Source: Candidatus Dojkabacteria bacterium (GTDB taxonomy: Bacteria > Patescibacteriota > Dojkabacteria > J137). From it: a stretch of 34,006 nt of DNA. A program made the position numbers and the translations under genes. The notes beneath the pieces were generated by a model. The model searched no databases. It had not been told where the DNA came from and saw only the letters and a list, made by a program, of their open reading frames with translations. Of the stretch, positions 19,675 to 28,612 are shown piece after piece (the first letter of the stretch is position 1; each line of letters starts with the position of its first letter). The stretch spans positions 1 through 34,006 of the forward strand of contig AP024679.1 of the NCBI GenBank assembly GCA_025999215.1. Direction: 5' to 3'.

Positions 19675-20630
19675 ATTAAGTTAATGTTATGTTTTTTGAG
19701 CACCTCAATTAATTCTCTAAAAGATTTTTCTCCCATGCCTCGAATATTTGCAACTTCTTCTTCAGTCATACCTTCTAGTTTTCTTAAATCATCAAAACCA
19801 GATCTAACTAAAGCATTTACTAAACGAGTAGATAAATCTAAATCAGTAACTTTTAGAGGTGTAGAATTCTTTTCTTTATCTTGTTTATTTGTACTTGCTT
19901 TACCTACAACCAAAGATACTTCATTACCTTTCAAAAGCGCTGATGCAGCTTCAACCAAATGAGAAGTCATTTCATTTAAAATATCGCTTGCAACATGCAA
20001 AGCTTCAATAGGAGTTACAGCTCCATTTGTAACTATGTTTAAATTTAATTGATCTAATTCTGTTTCTTGACCAACACGAGTTTGCACAACTTCATAACTG
20101 ACATTCAAAACAGGTGAAAAATTTGCATCAAGAGGTAACATTCCAATTTCTTTTCTAACCTCACCATCTGGCAAATGATAACCAACACCTCTATTTACAA
20201 CAAGCTCTAACTCCAAAGTTGCATCTGGACCAGTTAATTTAGTAATAACATAATCCGGGTTGATAATTTCTACGTCAGAATTTTTCTCAATATCACCAGC
20301 TTTAACTTCTACAACACCATCCTTTGAGCCTTTTGCTTTTAATTTCAAAACTACCGTATCATGAGTTTTTGAGACTAAAACAATATTTTTTACAGATAAT
20401 AGCAACGCCAATACATCGTCACTTACACCATCAACAGTGGAATACTCATGTAATACACCATTAACTTTTACTGCTGTTATTGCAGTTCCAGGAATTGATG
20501 TTAGTAATACTCTTCGTAAAATGTTACCCAAAGTGTGCCCATAACCTTGTGGTAATGGCCCAATCTCAAATTGTCCTCTATCGTTTGTTTCACTGGTTCT
20601 ATTTATTGTAAATTGCTTAAGATCAATCAT
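19671..20630 (-). CDS. rpoA: DNA-directed RNA polymerase subunit alpha (start moved to ATG at 20630)
   Basis: GQFEIGPLPQGYGHTLGNILRRVLLTSIPG and a C-terminal domain with LDLSTRLVNAL. Synteny rpsD-rpoA-rplQ. Confidence 0.95.
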   Translation of the reverse strand: MIDLKQFTINRTSETNDRGQFEIGPLPQGYGHTLGNILRRVLLTSIPGTAITAVKVNGVLHEYSTVDGVSDDVLALLLSVKNIVLVSKTHDTVVLKLKAKGSKDGVVEVKAGDIEKNSDVEIINPDYVITKLTGPDATLELELVVNRGVGYHLPDGEVRKEIGMLPLDANFSPVLNVSYEVVQTRVGQETELDQLNLNIVTNGAVTPIEALHVASDILNEMTSHLVEAASALLKGNEVSLVVGKASTNKQDKEKNSTPLKVTDLDLSTRLVNALVRSGFDDLRKLEGMTEEEVANIRGMGEKSFRELIEVLKKHNINLI

Positions 20631-20655
20631 ACTAAAAGTATAAATATATAAAATA

Positions 20656-21252
20656 CTATCTTGAGTAAAGCTCAATTATTAATCTCTCTTTAATGGTTGC
20701 ATCAATTTCATCTCTAGTTGGTTCTGCAATTACTGATCCTCCCTTAGACAAAGCTTTCAACCATGTTGGAACTTTATATGCTTTGTTATACGACAAAATT
20801 TCTTTCATCAAAGGTGTTTCAAAAATACTATCTTTCAATTCAATCTCATCACCAGCTTTCAAAATTGTTGATGGTATATTGTGTTTTTTACCGTTAAGTA
20901 AAACATGTCCATGAGTAACGAACTGCCTAGCTTGTGCTCTGGTTGTAGCAAAACCCAATTTGTAAACAACATTATCTAACCTCAACTCAAGCAATTGCAA
21001 AAGTCGTGTACCAGTATTACCTTCAGTTTTCAAAGCCATTTTGTAAAATTTTTTAAACTGCCTTTCACTCATTCCATACATCCTCTTTACTTTTTGCTTT
21101 TCTCTAAACTGTCGAGCATACTCTGAAGGCCTTTTTTTCAAAGTCGGAAACTGGCCCGGCAATGTCGGGCGCCTTTTCCACTTGTCATTAGACCCCAACA
21201 CTTGTGAGTTTTCTCTTCTGTTTATCCTCCACTTTGGTCCTGTATATCTCAT
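20656..21252 (-). CDS. rpsD: 30S ribosomal protein S4
   Basis: MRYTGPKWRINRRE, LELRLDNVVYKLGFATTRAQARQFVTHGHVLLNGKK. Confidence 0.95.
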   Translation of the reverse strand: MRYTGPKWRINRRENSQVLGSNDKWKRRPTLPGQFPTLKKRPSEYARQFREKQKVKRMYGMSERQFKKFYKMALKTEGNTGTRLLQLLELRLDNVVYKLGFATTRAQARQFVTHGHVLLNGKKHNIPSTILKAGDEIELKDSIFETPLMKEILSYNKAYKVPTWLKALSKGGSVIAEPTRDEIDATIKERLIIELYSR

Positions 21253-21273
21253 TTCTTAATTAATTTAAAAAAA

Positions 21274-21684
21274 TTATTTCTTAGGTGCCTTTCTTGGTTT
21301 AACTCCACCATGCGGCACTGGTGTTTTATCTAACAAAACTGAAATTTTTAAACCTGCTGATCTAATACCTTTCACAGTAGCCTGCCTACCAACTCCAATC
21401 CCTTTAATAACTACTTCAGCCTCACGAGCTCCAGCATTCATTGCCTTGGTTGCAATGTCTTCACCAACTTTTGTAGCTGCATACACTGTGCTTTTTCTGC
21501 TTCCTGTAAAACCAAGCGCTCCACAACTACTCACTGCAATTACATTCCCTTCATAATCACTTGCACTTGCAATTGTATTATTATAAGTAGCCTTTATATT
21601 AATAATTACCTTTGGCGATACAGTTTTTTTATTCTTTTTCTTGTTTACAACTTTCTTGTTTTTAGTATTTTTTTTATTAGCCAT
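21274..21684 (-). CDS. rpsK: 30S ribosomal protein S11 (Lys-rich N-terminus)
   Basis: INIKATYNNTIASASD, GFTGSRKSTVYAA, PHGGVKPRKAPKK. Confidence 0.95.
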   Translation of the reverse strand: MANKKNTKNKKVVNKKKNKKTVSPKVIINIKATYNNTIASASDYEGNVIAVSSCGALGFTGSRKSTVYAATKVGEDIATKAMNAGAREAEVVIKGIGVGRQATVKGIRSAGLKISVLLDKTPVPHGGVKPRKAPKK

Positions 21685-21685
21685 A

Positions 21686-22069
21686 TTATTTCTTAGTTAC
21701 TTTTACTTTTAAACCTCCCACAGCAACACCTTTACCTTTGCGAGTTCTAGCATTTTTCCTTGTGTTTTGACCTCTAACAGGAAGCCCTAACTTATGCCTA
21801 ATTCCTCTATAACAACGAATATCTTTTAGTCTTTTGATATTCATAAAAACTTTTTGTTTTACTTGTCCCTCTGTGGGGATATTTTTTTCAATGTATTGAT
21901 AGATTCTCTTAATTTCGTCGTTTGATAAATCCTTAACTCTTGTAGTCGGGTCAACATTCACTGCCTTCAAAATTTTCTGAGAAGTCGATCTACCTATACC
22001 ATGAATGTAGGTTAAAGATATTTCTATAGGTTTTTCGTTTGGTATTTCTACTCCAACAATTCTTGCCAT
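21686..22069 (-). CDS. rpsM: 30S ribosomal protein S13
   Basis: MARIVGVEIPNEKPIEISLTYIHGIGRSTS and CYRGIRHKLGLPVRGQNTRKNARTRKG. Confidence 0.95.
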   Translation of the reverse strand: MARIVGVEIPNEKPIEISLTYIHGIGRSTSQKILKAVNVDPTTRVKDLSNDEIKRIYQYIEKNIPTEGQVKQKVFMNIKRLKDIRCYRGIRHKLGLPVRGQNTRKNARTRKGKGVAVGGLKVKVTKK

Positions 22070-22085
22070 ATTTTTATTTTAAAAA

Positions 22086-22244
22086 TTACCCTTGCCTTTG
22101 TTTATGACGAGGATTGACTTTGCAATAAACATAATAAACTGGTTTAATCTTTACTTTACCCCTTTTCCAGTCAACAACTACTTTTCTTCTTTTGACTATA
22201 TAACAATGTCTACACCTTTTTTTAATACTTGCTCTTACTTTCAT
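22086..22244 (-). CDS. rpmJ: 50S ribosomal protein L36, unusually long (52 aa) because of an internal insertion; absent from the ORF track
   Basis: Hand translation gives [52 protein letters not shown]. The MKVRAS..C..C and C..NP.HKQRQG ends are canonical. Position between infA and rpsM is canonical. Confidence 0.8.
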   Translation of the reverse strand: MKVRASIKKRCRHCYIVKRRKVVVDWKRGKVKIKPVYYVYCKVNPRHKQRQG

Positions 22245-22407
22245 ATTTTATTTTAAAACTCCTTAGGTTATACCAAATTTTTTAATTAATGTAAACCCCA
22301 ATTTTACAAACTTCTTTTTTTCAAAAGAAGGGATAACGAGTAAAAAACGTCGTTACCTCAAAATATTTTAAGACTTATAACGAGAGTTACAATCTTAAAA
22401 TACCAGA

Positions 22408-22692
22408 TTACTCTGTCTTGCTTAACTGAGGATCGCCAGATTTTCGTTCAGTCAACCTGTAAACAATTCTACCTTTATTAATATCATACAAAGAAATCTC
22501 AACTTTCACTCTATCGCCTTTTTCAATTTGTATAAAGTTCTTTCTCATTTTACCTGCAACATAACATTCTTGCAACTCAAATTCTATTCCTTGGTATTCT
22601 ACCATTACTTTGTACTTCAAACCAGTTAACACTTCAGTTACCACTCCCTCAACAATTACAAAATCTTTTTTATTCTTTTTTTCCATAGTCAC
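22408..22692 (-). CDS. infA: Translation initiation factor IF-1 (extended, 94 aa)
   Basis: S1-like fold blocks VEGVVTEVL, VAGKMRKNFIQIEKGDRVKVEISLYDINKGRIVYRL. Confidence 0.9.
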   Translation of the reverse strand: MTMEKKNKKDFVIVEGVVTEVLTGLKYKVMVEYQGIEFELQECYVAGKMRKNFIQIEKGDRVKVEISLYDINKGRIVYRLTERKSGDPQLSKTE

Positions 22693-22707
22693 AACCTTAG
22701 CGCATAG

Positions 22708-22736
22708 ATTTTACCAAACAATTTCTTTTAAGTAAA
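22708..22736 (-). promoter_or_regulatory. Candidate sigma70-type promoter for the infA-rpmJ-rpsM operon
   Basis: The minus strand reads TTTACT-17 nt-TAAAAT, ending about 15 nt upstream of an AAGG Shine-Dalgarno and the infA ATG. Such matches are frequent in AT-rich DNA. Confidence 0.3.
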
Positions 22737-22776
22737 TACTTTTTATTATTTTTTAACCACAATTGATGGGCGAAAT

Positions 22777-23610
22777 TTATTTAGTATCTCTAGGCCTTCT
22801 TCTCAAAAAAAGTAAAACTCCCAACAAAATTAGTACCAAACCACCTCCCAATGCTGTTCCATTCCCAATTTGGTCACTAAGTGATGTATCAGGAATTTGA
22901 GTAACAGGAGTTGGTGTGCCATTTTGCTCATTAGATTGATTGTTTGGTGCTGGATTTACAGGTTGTTGGTTGGGGTTTTGATTTATAGGCTCACCACTAC
23001 CAACAACTTGCTCAACAATATCTACACTCCTCTGGTTAGTTGTATATTGTATACTTTGCCCACTTGGCCTGATTAATTGAGTCCCATTTACCCCCTCTTT
23101 TATTTTTATTGTTGTACTACCTATGGATTGTGCTTGAAATATTATTTCAACAACATTCCTATTAACTGTCAACCCGCTGCCCTCTGTGATACTCGCATTA
23201 ACCTTTATTTCGCCATTAACTATGTCAACAAAATTATCGTTAGGTAAGCTGGATGTTGTAAAAATAGTATCTAACAATTTAACCTGCGTGCCAGCGACAT
23301 CAGGATCTTGATCTAAAATACTTAAAACTGAGGGATCATACTCAACAACTATATTGTAAGCATTTATTGGAATGTCATTTGTTCTAACTTCAATTCTTAC
23401 ACTAAACTGATCCCCTACCTCCACGCTTGAAGCAGAAGTATTGACCAACACTTGCGCCGCAATTGTTTGCCCACCTCCAATTTGTATACTTCCAAAAGTC
23501 GGCTGAGCGATTGCATCAGATTGCGCATTAACTTGTGGAATTATTTTTAAAATATTCATTAGTACAATATAAACTAATTTTAAAGATGTTTTAAGTGTTG
23601 CACAAAACAT
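22777..23610 (-). CDS. Cohesin-domain-like cell-surface protein with a P/N/Q-rich stalk and a C-terminal TM anchor plus basic tail
   Basis: VGDQFSVRIEVRTNDIPINAYNIVVEYDPSVLSI...VVEIIFQAQSIGSTTIKI resembles type I cohesin. C-terminus is GGGLVLILLGVLLFLRRRPRDTK. The true start may be the internal ATG near 23559. Confidence 0.6.
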   Translation of the reverse strand: MFCATLKTSLKLVYIVLMNILKIIPQVNAQSDAIAQPTFGSIQIGGGQTIAAQVLVNTSASSVEVGDQFSVRIEVRTNDIPINAYNIVVEYDPSVLSILDQDPDVAGTQVKLLDTIFTTSSLPNDNFVDIVNGEIKVNASITEGSGLTVNRNVVEIIFQAQSIGSTTIKIKEGVNGTQLIRPSGQSIQYTTNQRSVDIVEQVVGSGEPINQNPNQQPVNPAPNNQSNEQNGTPTPVTQIPDTSLSDQIGNGTALGGGLVLILLGVLLFLRRRPRDTK

Positions 23611-23613
23611 TAT

Positions 23614-24018
23614 ATGATAAAATTCAATGTGGAAGGAATTTTTTATTTAAACAATGCTCAAAACATTGCAGTTATAGGTGCATCTAACAACCAATCAAAG
23701 TTTGGATATAAGATAACTCAAGCACTAAAAGAAAGATTCAACGTGTACCCAATTAATCCAAAAGAAAATAAAATTCTTGATTTAAATTGCTACAAATCAA
23801 TTTTGGATATTCCAGAAAACATCAAAATTGATATTGCTTCAATTGTGGTGCCACCTAATATATCTTATAGTGTTTTAGATGGACTTGCACAAAGAGGTGT
23901 TGATCTTGTTTGGTTTCAGCCAGGAAGCTATGATTCAAAAGTTATCAATAAAGCAAATGATCTAAAAATTAATTTTTTAGTAAATCAATGCATTTTAACT
24001 GAGAGCCAAAAGTTATGA
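23614..24018 (+). CDS. CoA-binding domain protein (YccU/YneT-like)
   Basis: NIAVIGASNNQSKFGYK, INPK, and VWFQPGS blocks of the CoA_binding_2 family. Size of 134 aa is typical. Confidence 0.75.
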   Translation: MIKFNVEGIFYLNNAQNIAVIGASNNQSKFGYKITQALKERFNVYPINPKENKILDLNCYKSILDIPENIKIDIASIVVPPNISYSVLDGLAQRGVDLVWFQPGSYDSKVINKANDLKINFLVNQCILTESQKL

Positions 24019-24831
24019 AAAAATATAAAGTATCAATAATAATTGTAACTTGGAACTCTGGTAAAGATATCAAAACATGTTTAGATAGTCTTTTTGAACA
24101 ATCGTTCAAAGACTTCAAAGCTATTGTAGTTGACAATGCCTCGCAAGATGACACTGTTCAAAAAGTAGAACAATATCCGGAGGTTGATGTAATCAAACAA
24201 AAGAAAAATTACTTTCTTTGTAAATCAAACAACGATGGAATCAAGTATGCTATTAAAAATTATCAAAGCGAGTATGTTATGGTTTTAAATCCTGATACAA
24301 AGCTTGATAGCAATTGCTTAAAATTTTTAATTCAAACATTCAACAAAAACCAAAATATTGGTGCGGTTGGACCCAAAATTTATTTTTGGAACAACCCTAA
24401 TGAAGGCAAAATTAATTCTGCAGGAATGATTTTTGATAATTTTATGCAAGCCTACGATAGAGGTTTTCTTGAAGAAGATCATGGGCAATATGATAAAGAA
24501 GAGGTAGTTCCTGCTCTAAGTGGAGCTTGCATTTTGTTTAAAGTGGAGGCTTTAAAAAAAGTAGGATTATATTGGGAAATTTTAAAAATGTATCTTGATG
24601 ATGTAGAAATAGCTTTAAGATTGAAAAAAAACGGTTTTTTTAATATATTATCAACCAAAAGCTGTTGTTTATCATTCATACATGGCTTCTACAAAGCAAA
24701 ACAAGAAGTTTTCAATATCCAAACAAAAAATGTTTGCCTGGCTCTTAATTGCTTTAAGACACTATAAACTTAAGTCTAAATTGGCAATGATTAAAAAATA
24801 TCTGATGTTTAAATTGTTTAACAAGATTTAA
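24015..24831 (+). pseudogene. Glycosyltransferase family 2 (rhamnosyltransferase-like) with a frameshift in an A8-C-GG-T7 tract near 24623-24640; may be a phase-off allele or a sequencing error
   Basis: N-terminus VSIIIVTWNSGKDI...AIVVDNASQDDT and LDDVEIALRLKKNG. After the homopolymers the conserved continuation (F)LIYYQPKAVVYHSYMAS... is in the +1 frame and runs to a TAA at 24829-24831. Confidence 0.8.
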
Positions 24832-24832
24832 A

Positions 24833-24854
24833 ATTAGCTATTCTCATAGCTAAT
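24833..24854 (+). terminator. Hairpin immediately after the frame-corrected GT2 stop (possible terminator)
   Basis: ATTAGCTA-ttctca-TAGCTAAT, an 8-bp stem with a 6-nt loop starting 2 nt after the TAA at 24829-24831. No clear U-tract follows. Confidence 0.3.
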
Positions 24855-25018
24855 CACTCTATTTAATAGATCTTGTAGTTGAAAAGAACTATTTAATTAT
24901 TTCTAAATGTCCTTCTTTACAATGCGTCTACCTACAAGCGCTACTAATCCATATCTTTCTGAATGAAATTAATATATCAAACATAAATAATTTGAGTTTT
25001 ACAAAATAATCTCGATCT

Positions 25019-25948
25019 TTATAGCCAATTATTCAAATCTACTTGAAACACAGTTTCTCCTGTAAAAGCATCTTGAAAATCCAAAACACCATTATTATTC
25101 TCTACGTACGAGAACCCTCCTCCATCATTTACTATTCTTTCTTCCTTTATGGTCCCATCCTCATAACGAGCCAATGAATAAGTTATATAGTTACGTTCTA
25201 AAAGAACAAAAATATCTGAATTCTTGTTTTCAAAAATTGCTGTTACTATTTTATCTGTAGATATTGCTTCAGTTACTTCACCTGTTGATAAGTTGTATTT
25301 CATTAGCTTCCCATGTATTGTTGTAATGTCAGCTCCTAAGATAAGTCCCCGACAAAAGAATATGTCATCACCCTTCACAATAAGATAATTACAACTAAAT
25401 CCCGTTACTGAGATAGGATTAGAACTCCACTCATATAACACCTGCTCTTTTTCTTTAGAAATTCTTACGAGTGATAATTGGTTTAAATATATAAGTGTAT
25501 CGTCTGGTAACCATTCATATGCGTTCAAATACTCTTCACTGTCAATTAATTGGGTTACAAAAAGCTTATCTTTAAGCTGGGTATTTCCATCATATTTGTA
25601 TCCAGCACATTGATTTTCATCACAAATTATGTAATTCAAGGTGTTTTCATGCACATTCAGTTTTACTGCCCTAAAATTTTGACTTTCGTTCAAACTATCA
25701 ATCTCCCTCAAATTGTTGAAATTATATACTATTACTAGAGATTCATCTTGCACTTGAAAATCTTTTATAATTTCAAGGTTAATCGCAGAATATTCTTTTT
25801 TTACTCCATAATTTTCTATAACAATGAAAGCAAGTGTTCCTACAATAATCGAAATAAAAGTAATTAATAATATATTCATGAATATTTTTTTTGTATTTGT
25901 CATTTTTGATATTATAATAAATGAATAATCGTTATCATAACTAACCAT
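25019..25948 (-). CDS. Hypothetical signal-anchored extracytoplasmic protein (last gene of the island)
   Basis: TM helix MNILLITFISIIVGTLAFIVI, then a beta-rich about 270 aa. Probable start at the internal ATG at 25903. No family recognised. Confidence 0.5.
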   Translation of the reverse strand: MVSYDNDYSFIIISKMTNTKKIFMNILLITFISIIVGTLAFIVIENYGVKKEYSAINLEIIKDFQVQDESLVIVYNFNNLREIDSLNESQNFRAVKLNVHENTLNYIICDENQCAGYKYDGNTQLKDKLFVTQLIDSEEYLNAYEWLPDDTLIYLNQLSLVRISKEKEQVLYEWSSNPISVTGFSCNYLIVKGDDIFFCRGLILGADITTIHGKLMKYNLSTGEVTEAISTDKIVTAIFENKNSDIFVLLERNYITYSLARYEDGTIKEERIVNDGGGFSYVENNNGVLDFQDAFTGETVFQVDLNNWL

Positions 25949-26075
25949 CTCATTTTATCAATTTTATTATTGTAAATAATTTTTAAACTATTTCTAAATC
26001 TTTATGTTTGTATGTTTTTTTAACAAGCTTCTATCATAAGTTTCTATTTCAATTAAAATTAAAAGAGCTACTAAT

Positions 26076-27203
26076 TCATATTGAACCATATCCTTTTACA
26101 CTAACTATTGGTATATATGTCTCTATATAGTAATCATCCACATTTTCTAACTCGTCGAATTGTATAAAGCCTCCCATTACAATTACTGGCACCAAATAGC
26201 TTACTCCTTCTTCTTCTATTTCTAACAAAGTATACCCTGGCTTATAACTTATATATTTTATCGTTGGTTCTGGTAATAGTGTATCATTCAGCCTACTTAA
26301 TCTAAAAGATAACAATGGTGAAGAGTCTCTTTTAGACATTTGCTCAACTATATATGCTTCACCTTTTTTAAATTCTTCTTTTATATTTTCGTTTTGCATT
26401 ATTTCTAATTCTAATATACCATCATAACTTTCGAAATCATAATCAATAGGCCTAATAATGTTATGAGAAAAATTTTGTGTTTCATTTGGATCTTCCCTAT
26501 ATAGTGCTATTGTTCCCATAATTTCTGTATCTATTATAGGTTTATCCAAAAAAACAGGATAAACATTTACGTTCCATCTGTAAGTACTAACAAATTTTTC
26601 ATACCCCAATCCAATAGGACCTTCTGATGGGTACACATCATAGTCTTTTGATAATGATAATCTATGTATAGCGTCTTGTAATATCATATATCCTTCGTCT
26701 TCATATCTCTTCTTTATGTTTTCATATGTGTCTAATTCTTTAGGAATCATATTACCTCCTACTACCGGTAAACCTAAATCCAAAACGTCACTACCAAATT
26801 CTACTTGCATATCAGTATTTTCAAAAACTTTGTTATACTTATAAATATTCATTTTTGGTATCTTAATTACCTCTAAGCTTTTCATATCTATATAGTATCC
26901 TTTACTCAAAACTTCTTTTACCTTTGCATCTTTTATTTTTTCAATACCTACGAGTATATTCTTTTGATCATAATTTAAACTCTCATATATTTCTTTGTTT
27001 CCATACGTTTCTTCTGTGTTTGAGATAGTTTTTTCTTCTTCATTATCCTTTTCTGGTACTTGTAATATAACTTTTTTTAGCACTTGGTTATCTTTTAATA
27101 TTTGTTTTTGACTTAGGAACACTAACAGAAAAAAACTTCCTGCCAATAAAATTAATGCAATGACTATGGATATTTTTGGTGCTATTTTTTTTACTTTTTT
27201 CAT
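26076..27203 (-). CDS. Hypothetical signal-anchored extracytoplasmic protein
   Basis: N-terminal KKVKKIAPKISIVIALILLAGSFFLLVFL. No family recognised. Confidence 0.5.
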   Translation of the reverse strand: MKKVKKIAPKISIVIALILLAGSFFLLVFLSQKQILKDNQVLKKVILQVPEKDNEEEKTISNTEETYGNKEIYESLNYDQKNILVGIEKIKDAKVKEVLSKGYYIDMKSLEVIKIPKMNIYKYNKVFENTDMQVEFGSDVLDLGLPVVGGNMIPKELDTYENIKKRYEDEGYMILQDAIHRLSLSKDYDVYPSEGPIGLGYEKFVSTYRWNVNVYPVFLDKPIIDTEIMGTIALYREDPNETQNFSHNIIRPIDYDFESYDGILELEIMQNENIKEEFKKGEAYIVEQMSKRDSSPLLSFRLSRLNDTLLPEPTIKYISYKPGYTLLEIEEEGVSYLVPVIVMGGFIQFDELENVDDYYIETYIPIVSVKGYGSI

Positions 27204-27235
27204 ATATAAGATAAATATTTAATATATTATTATTA

Positions 27236-27847
27236 TTATCCTTCTATTCTTCTTGCTTTCAAAACATCGTCCAATATTTTTAAAAAACTCTCTATGTACT
27301 TTTCTACATCCTCTTCTCTTTCAAATTTCATGACTACTTGACTTGCTGGATACCCTAATACTTCTATATCTATTTCATAGTACTTACCATCAGCTTCTTT
27401 AGTCTTCACTCTACATACATATTCATTTATTATTACGTATCCACAGAACAAATAAACTTTTTCCTTGTTAAAAACATTTCCTTCCATTTCATATAATTGA
27501 GCTAACTCCTGTTCTACTGTCACATTGTAGATATATTCTTCATCCATACCTTTCCATCCATCTTCATCGTATTCGCTAGAAAATCTTTTATTTAACAATA
27601 CTATGTACAGCTCTCCTCCTTCCTTGTTCTTTATCTTTATTCCACCTTTCTTTACTCCCCATACTTCAGGCCCTGCTCTTTGGGGTTCATCTATTGATAC
27701 CTTATACTTCCCTTTATCGTATTCAAATTCGTAATCTCTATATACATATTTCTCTTGGTTTACACCATCTATTTTCATAAACTCTCTTAAAAATATCAGT
27801 GCCCCAAACACCGCAACTATCATCGTTAATAGTAGTATTTTTTTCAT
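27236..27847 (-). CDS. Hypothetical signal-anchored extracytoplasmic protein
   Basis: N-terminal MKKILLLTMIVAVFGALIFL. No family recognised. 22 nt downstream of the previous gene. Confidence 0.5.
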   Translation of the reverse strand: MKKILLLTMIVAVFGALIFLREFMKIDGVNQEKYVYRDYEFEYDKGKYKVSIDEPQRAGPEVWGVKKGGIKIKNKEGGELYIVLLNKRFSSEYDEDGWKGMDEEYIYNVTVEQELAQLYEMEGNVFNKEKVYLFCGYVIINEYVCRVKTKEADGKYYEIDIEVLGYPASQVVMKFEREEDVEKYIESFLKILDDVLKARRIEG

Positions 27848-27869
27848 TTTTTTTTAATTTTAATATTTA

Positions 27870-28600
27870 TTAATTACCCCAACTAATACTCTTTAAAATT
27901 GATACCATTTCTTTTACTGCTTCTATGTCATATTGTTCTTCACTGGATGAAAGCACTGGAAAAATCAACGAAATTGAATATTGTCCTGTACCAGATTTTG
28001 TTGGTATGGCATTCTCTAAATCTGTAGGATATAACTCCAATTCATATTCATAATCACCTTGAATTACATTTCTAATTAAGTGTAATGTGGAACCAGGCAA
28101 GCTATATGGGCTCGTGAAACCAGTTCCTGAAACTTTATCTACATCAAAAACTAAGATTCTTCCATCTACGCTAAGAGCAAATTGATCTAATATGGAATTA
28201 AGCTTTACATACTCACCTTGCGTTATTTTAATACTCTGGTTGTACGAAATTATAATTTGATATTTGTTATTGCCAAATGATTTTGTATACTCCCCTGCTA
28301 TTCAAATCGCTTTGATTGCTTTTCACTCCAACCGTCAGGTAAAACTATACTCATCCCTGATATATCTATTTCCCTCCCTTTTGCTGCTTCGACTTCTACC
28401 AACTCTTTCTTTAAACCTTCCAGACTATAGCTATTAATTATCTCTTCTAAGTTCTCATATGTGATACTATTATTCTCAATTTCTTCTTTATCTAAACCAT
28501 TTTTTACTTCACCTGCTAGCAAATATATTCCCACTATAAATGTACTTGTTAAAAGCAGCATTGTAAACAAAACTATTATTTTATATTTTCTTATTTTCAT
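27870..28600 (-). pseudogene. Hypothetical signal-anchored protein, apparently split by a 1-nt deletion near 28296-28300
   Basis: The 100-aa ORF (28298..28600, TM helix IIVLFTMLLLTSTFIVGIYLL) stops at TAG. An adjacent frame is open from 28297 down to 27870, and its first about 65 codons have no ATG/GTG start. The track ORF 27870..28100 begins at an internal TTG. Confidence 0.45.
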
Positions 28601-28612
28601 ATTTTTTAATTA

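Noticed and set aside
20631-20675. 15-codon N-terminal extension of rpoA overlapping the rpsD 3' end
   Set aside because: The conserved RpoA N-terminus begins at MIDLKQF. The extension would overlap rpsD by 20 nt.
22311-22330. Hairpin CTTCTTTT-tttc-AAAAGAAG between infA and rpmJ as a terminator
   Set aside because: The stem is almost entirely A/T and weak. It sits inside a conserved operon, and no convincing U-tract follows on the transcribed strand.
24855-25018. Possible tRNA or small RNA in the spacer between the core region and the island (also 22245..22407)
   Set aside because: I found no cloverleaf-compatible stems and no conserved T-loop (GTTCRANYC) or D-loop elements by eye.
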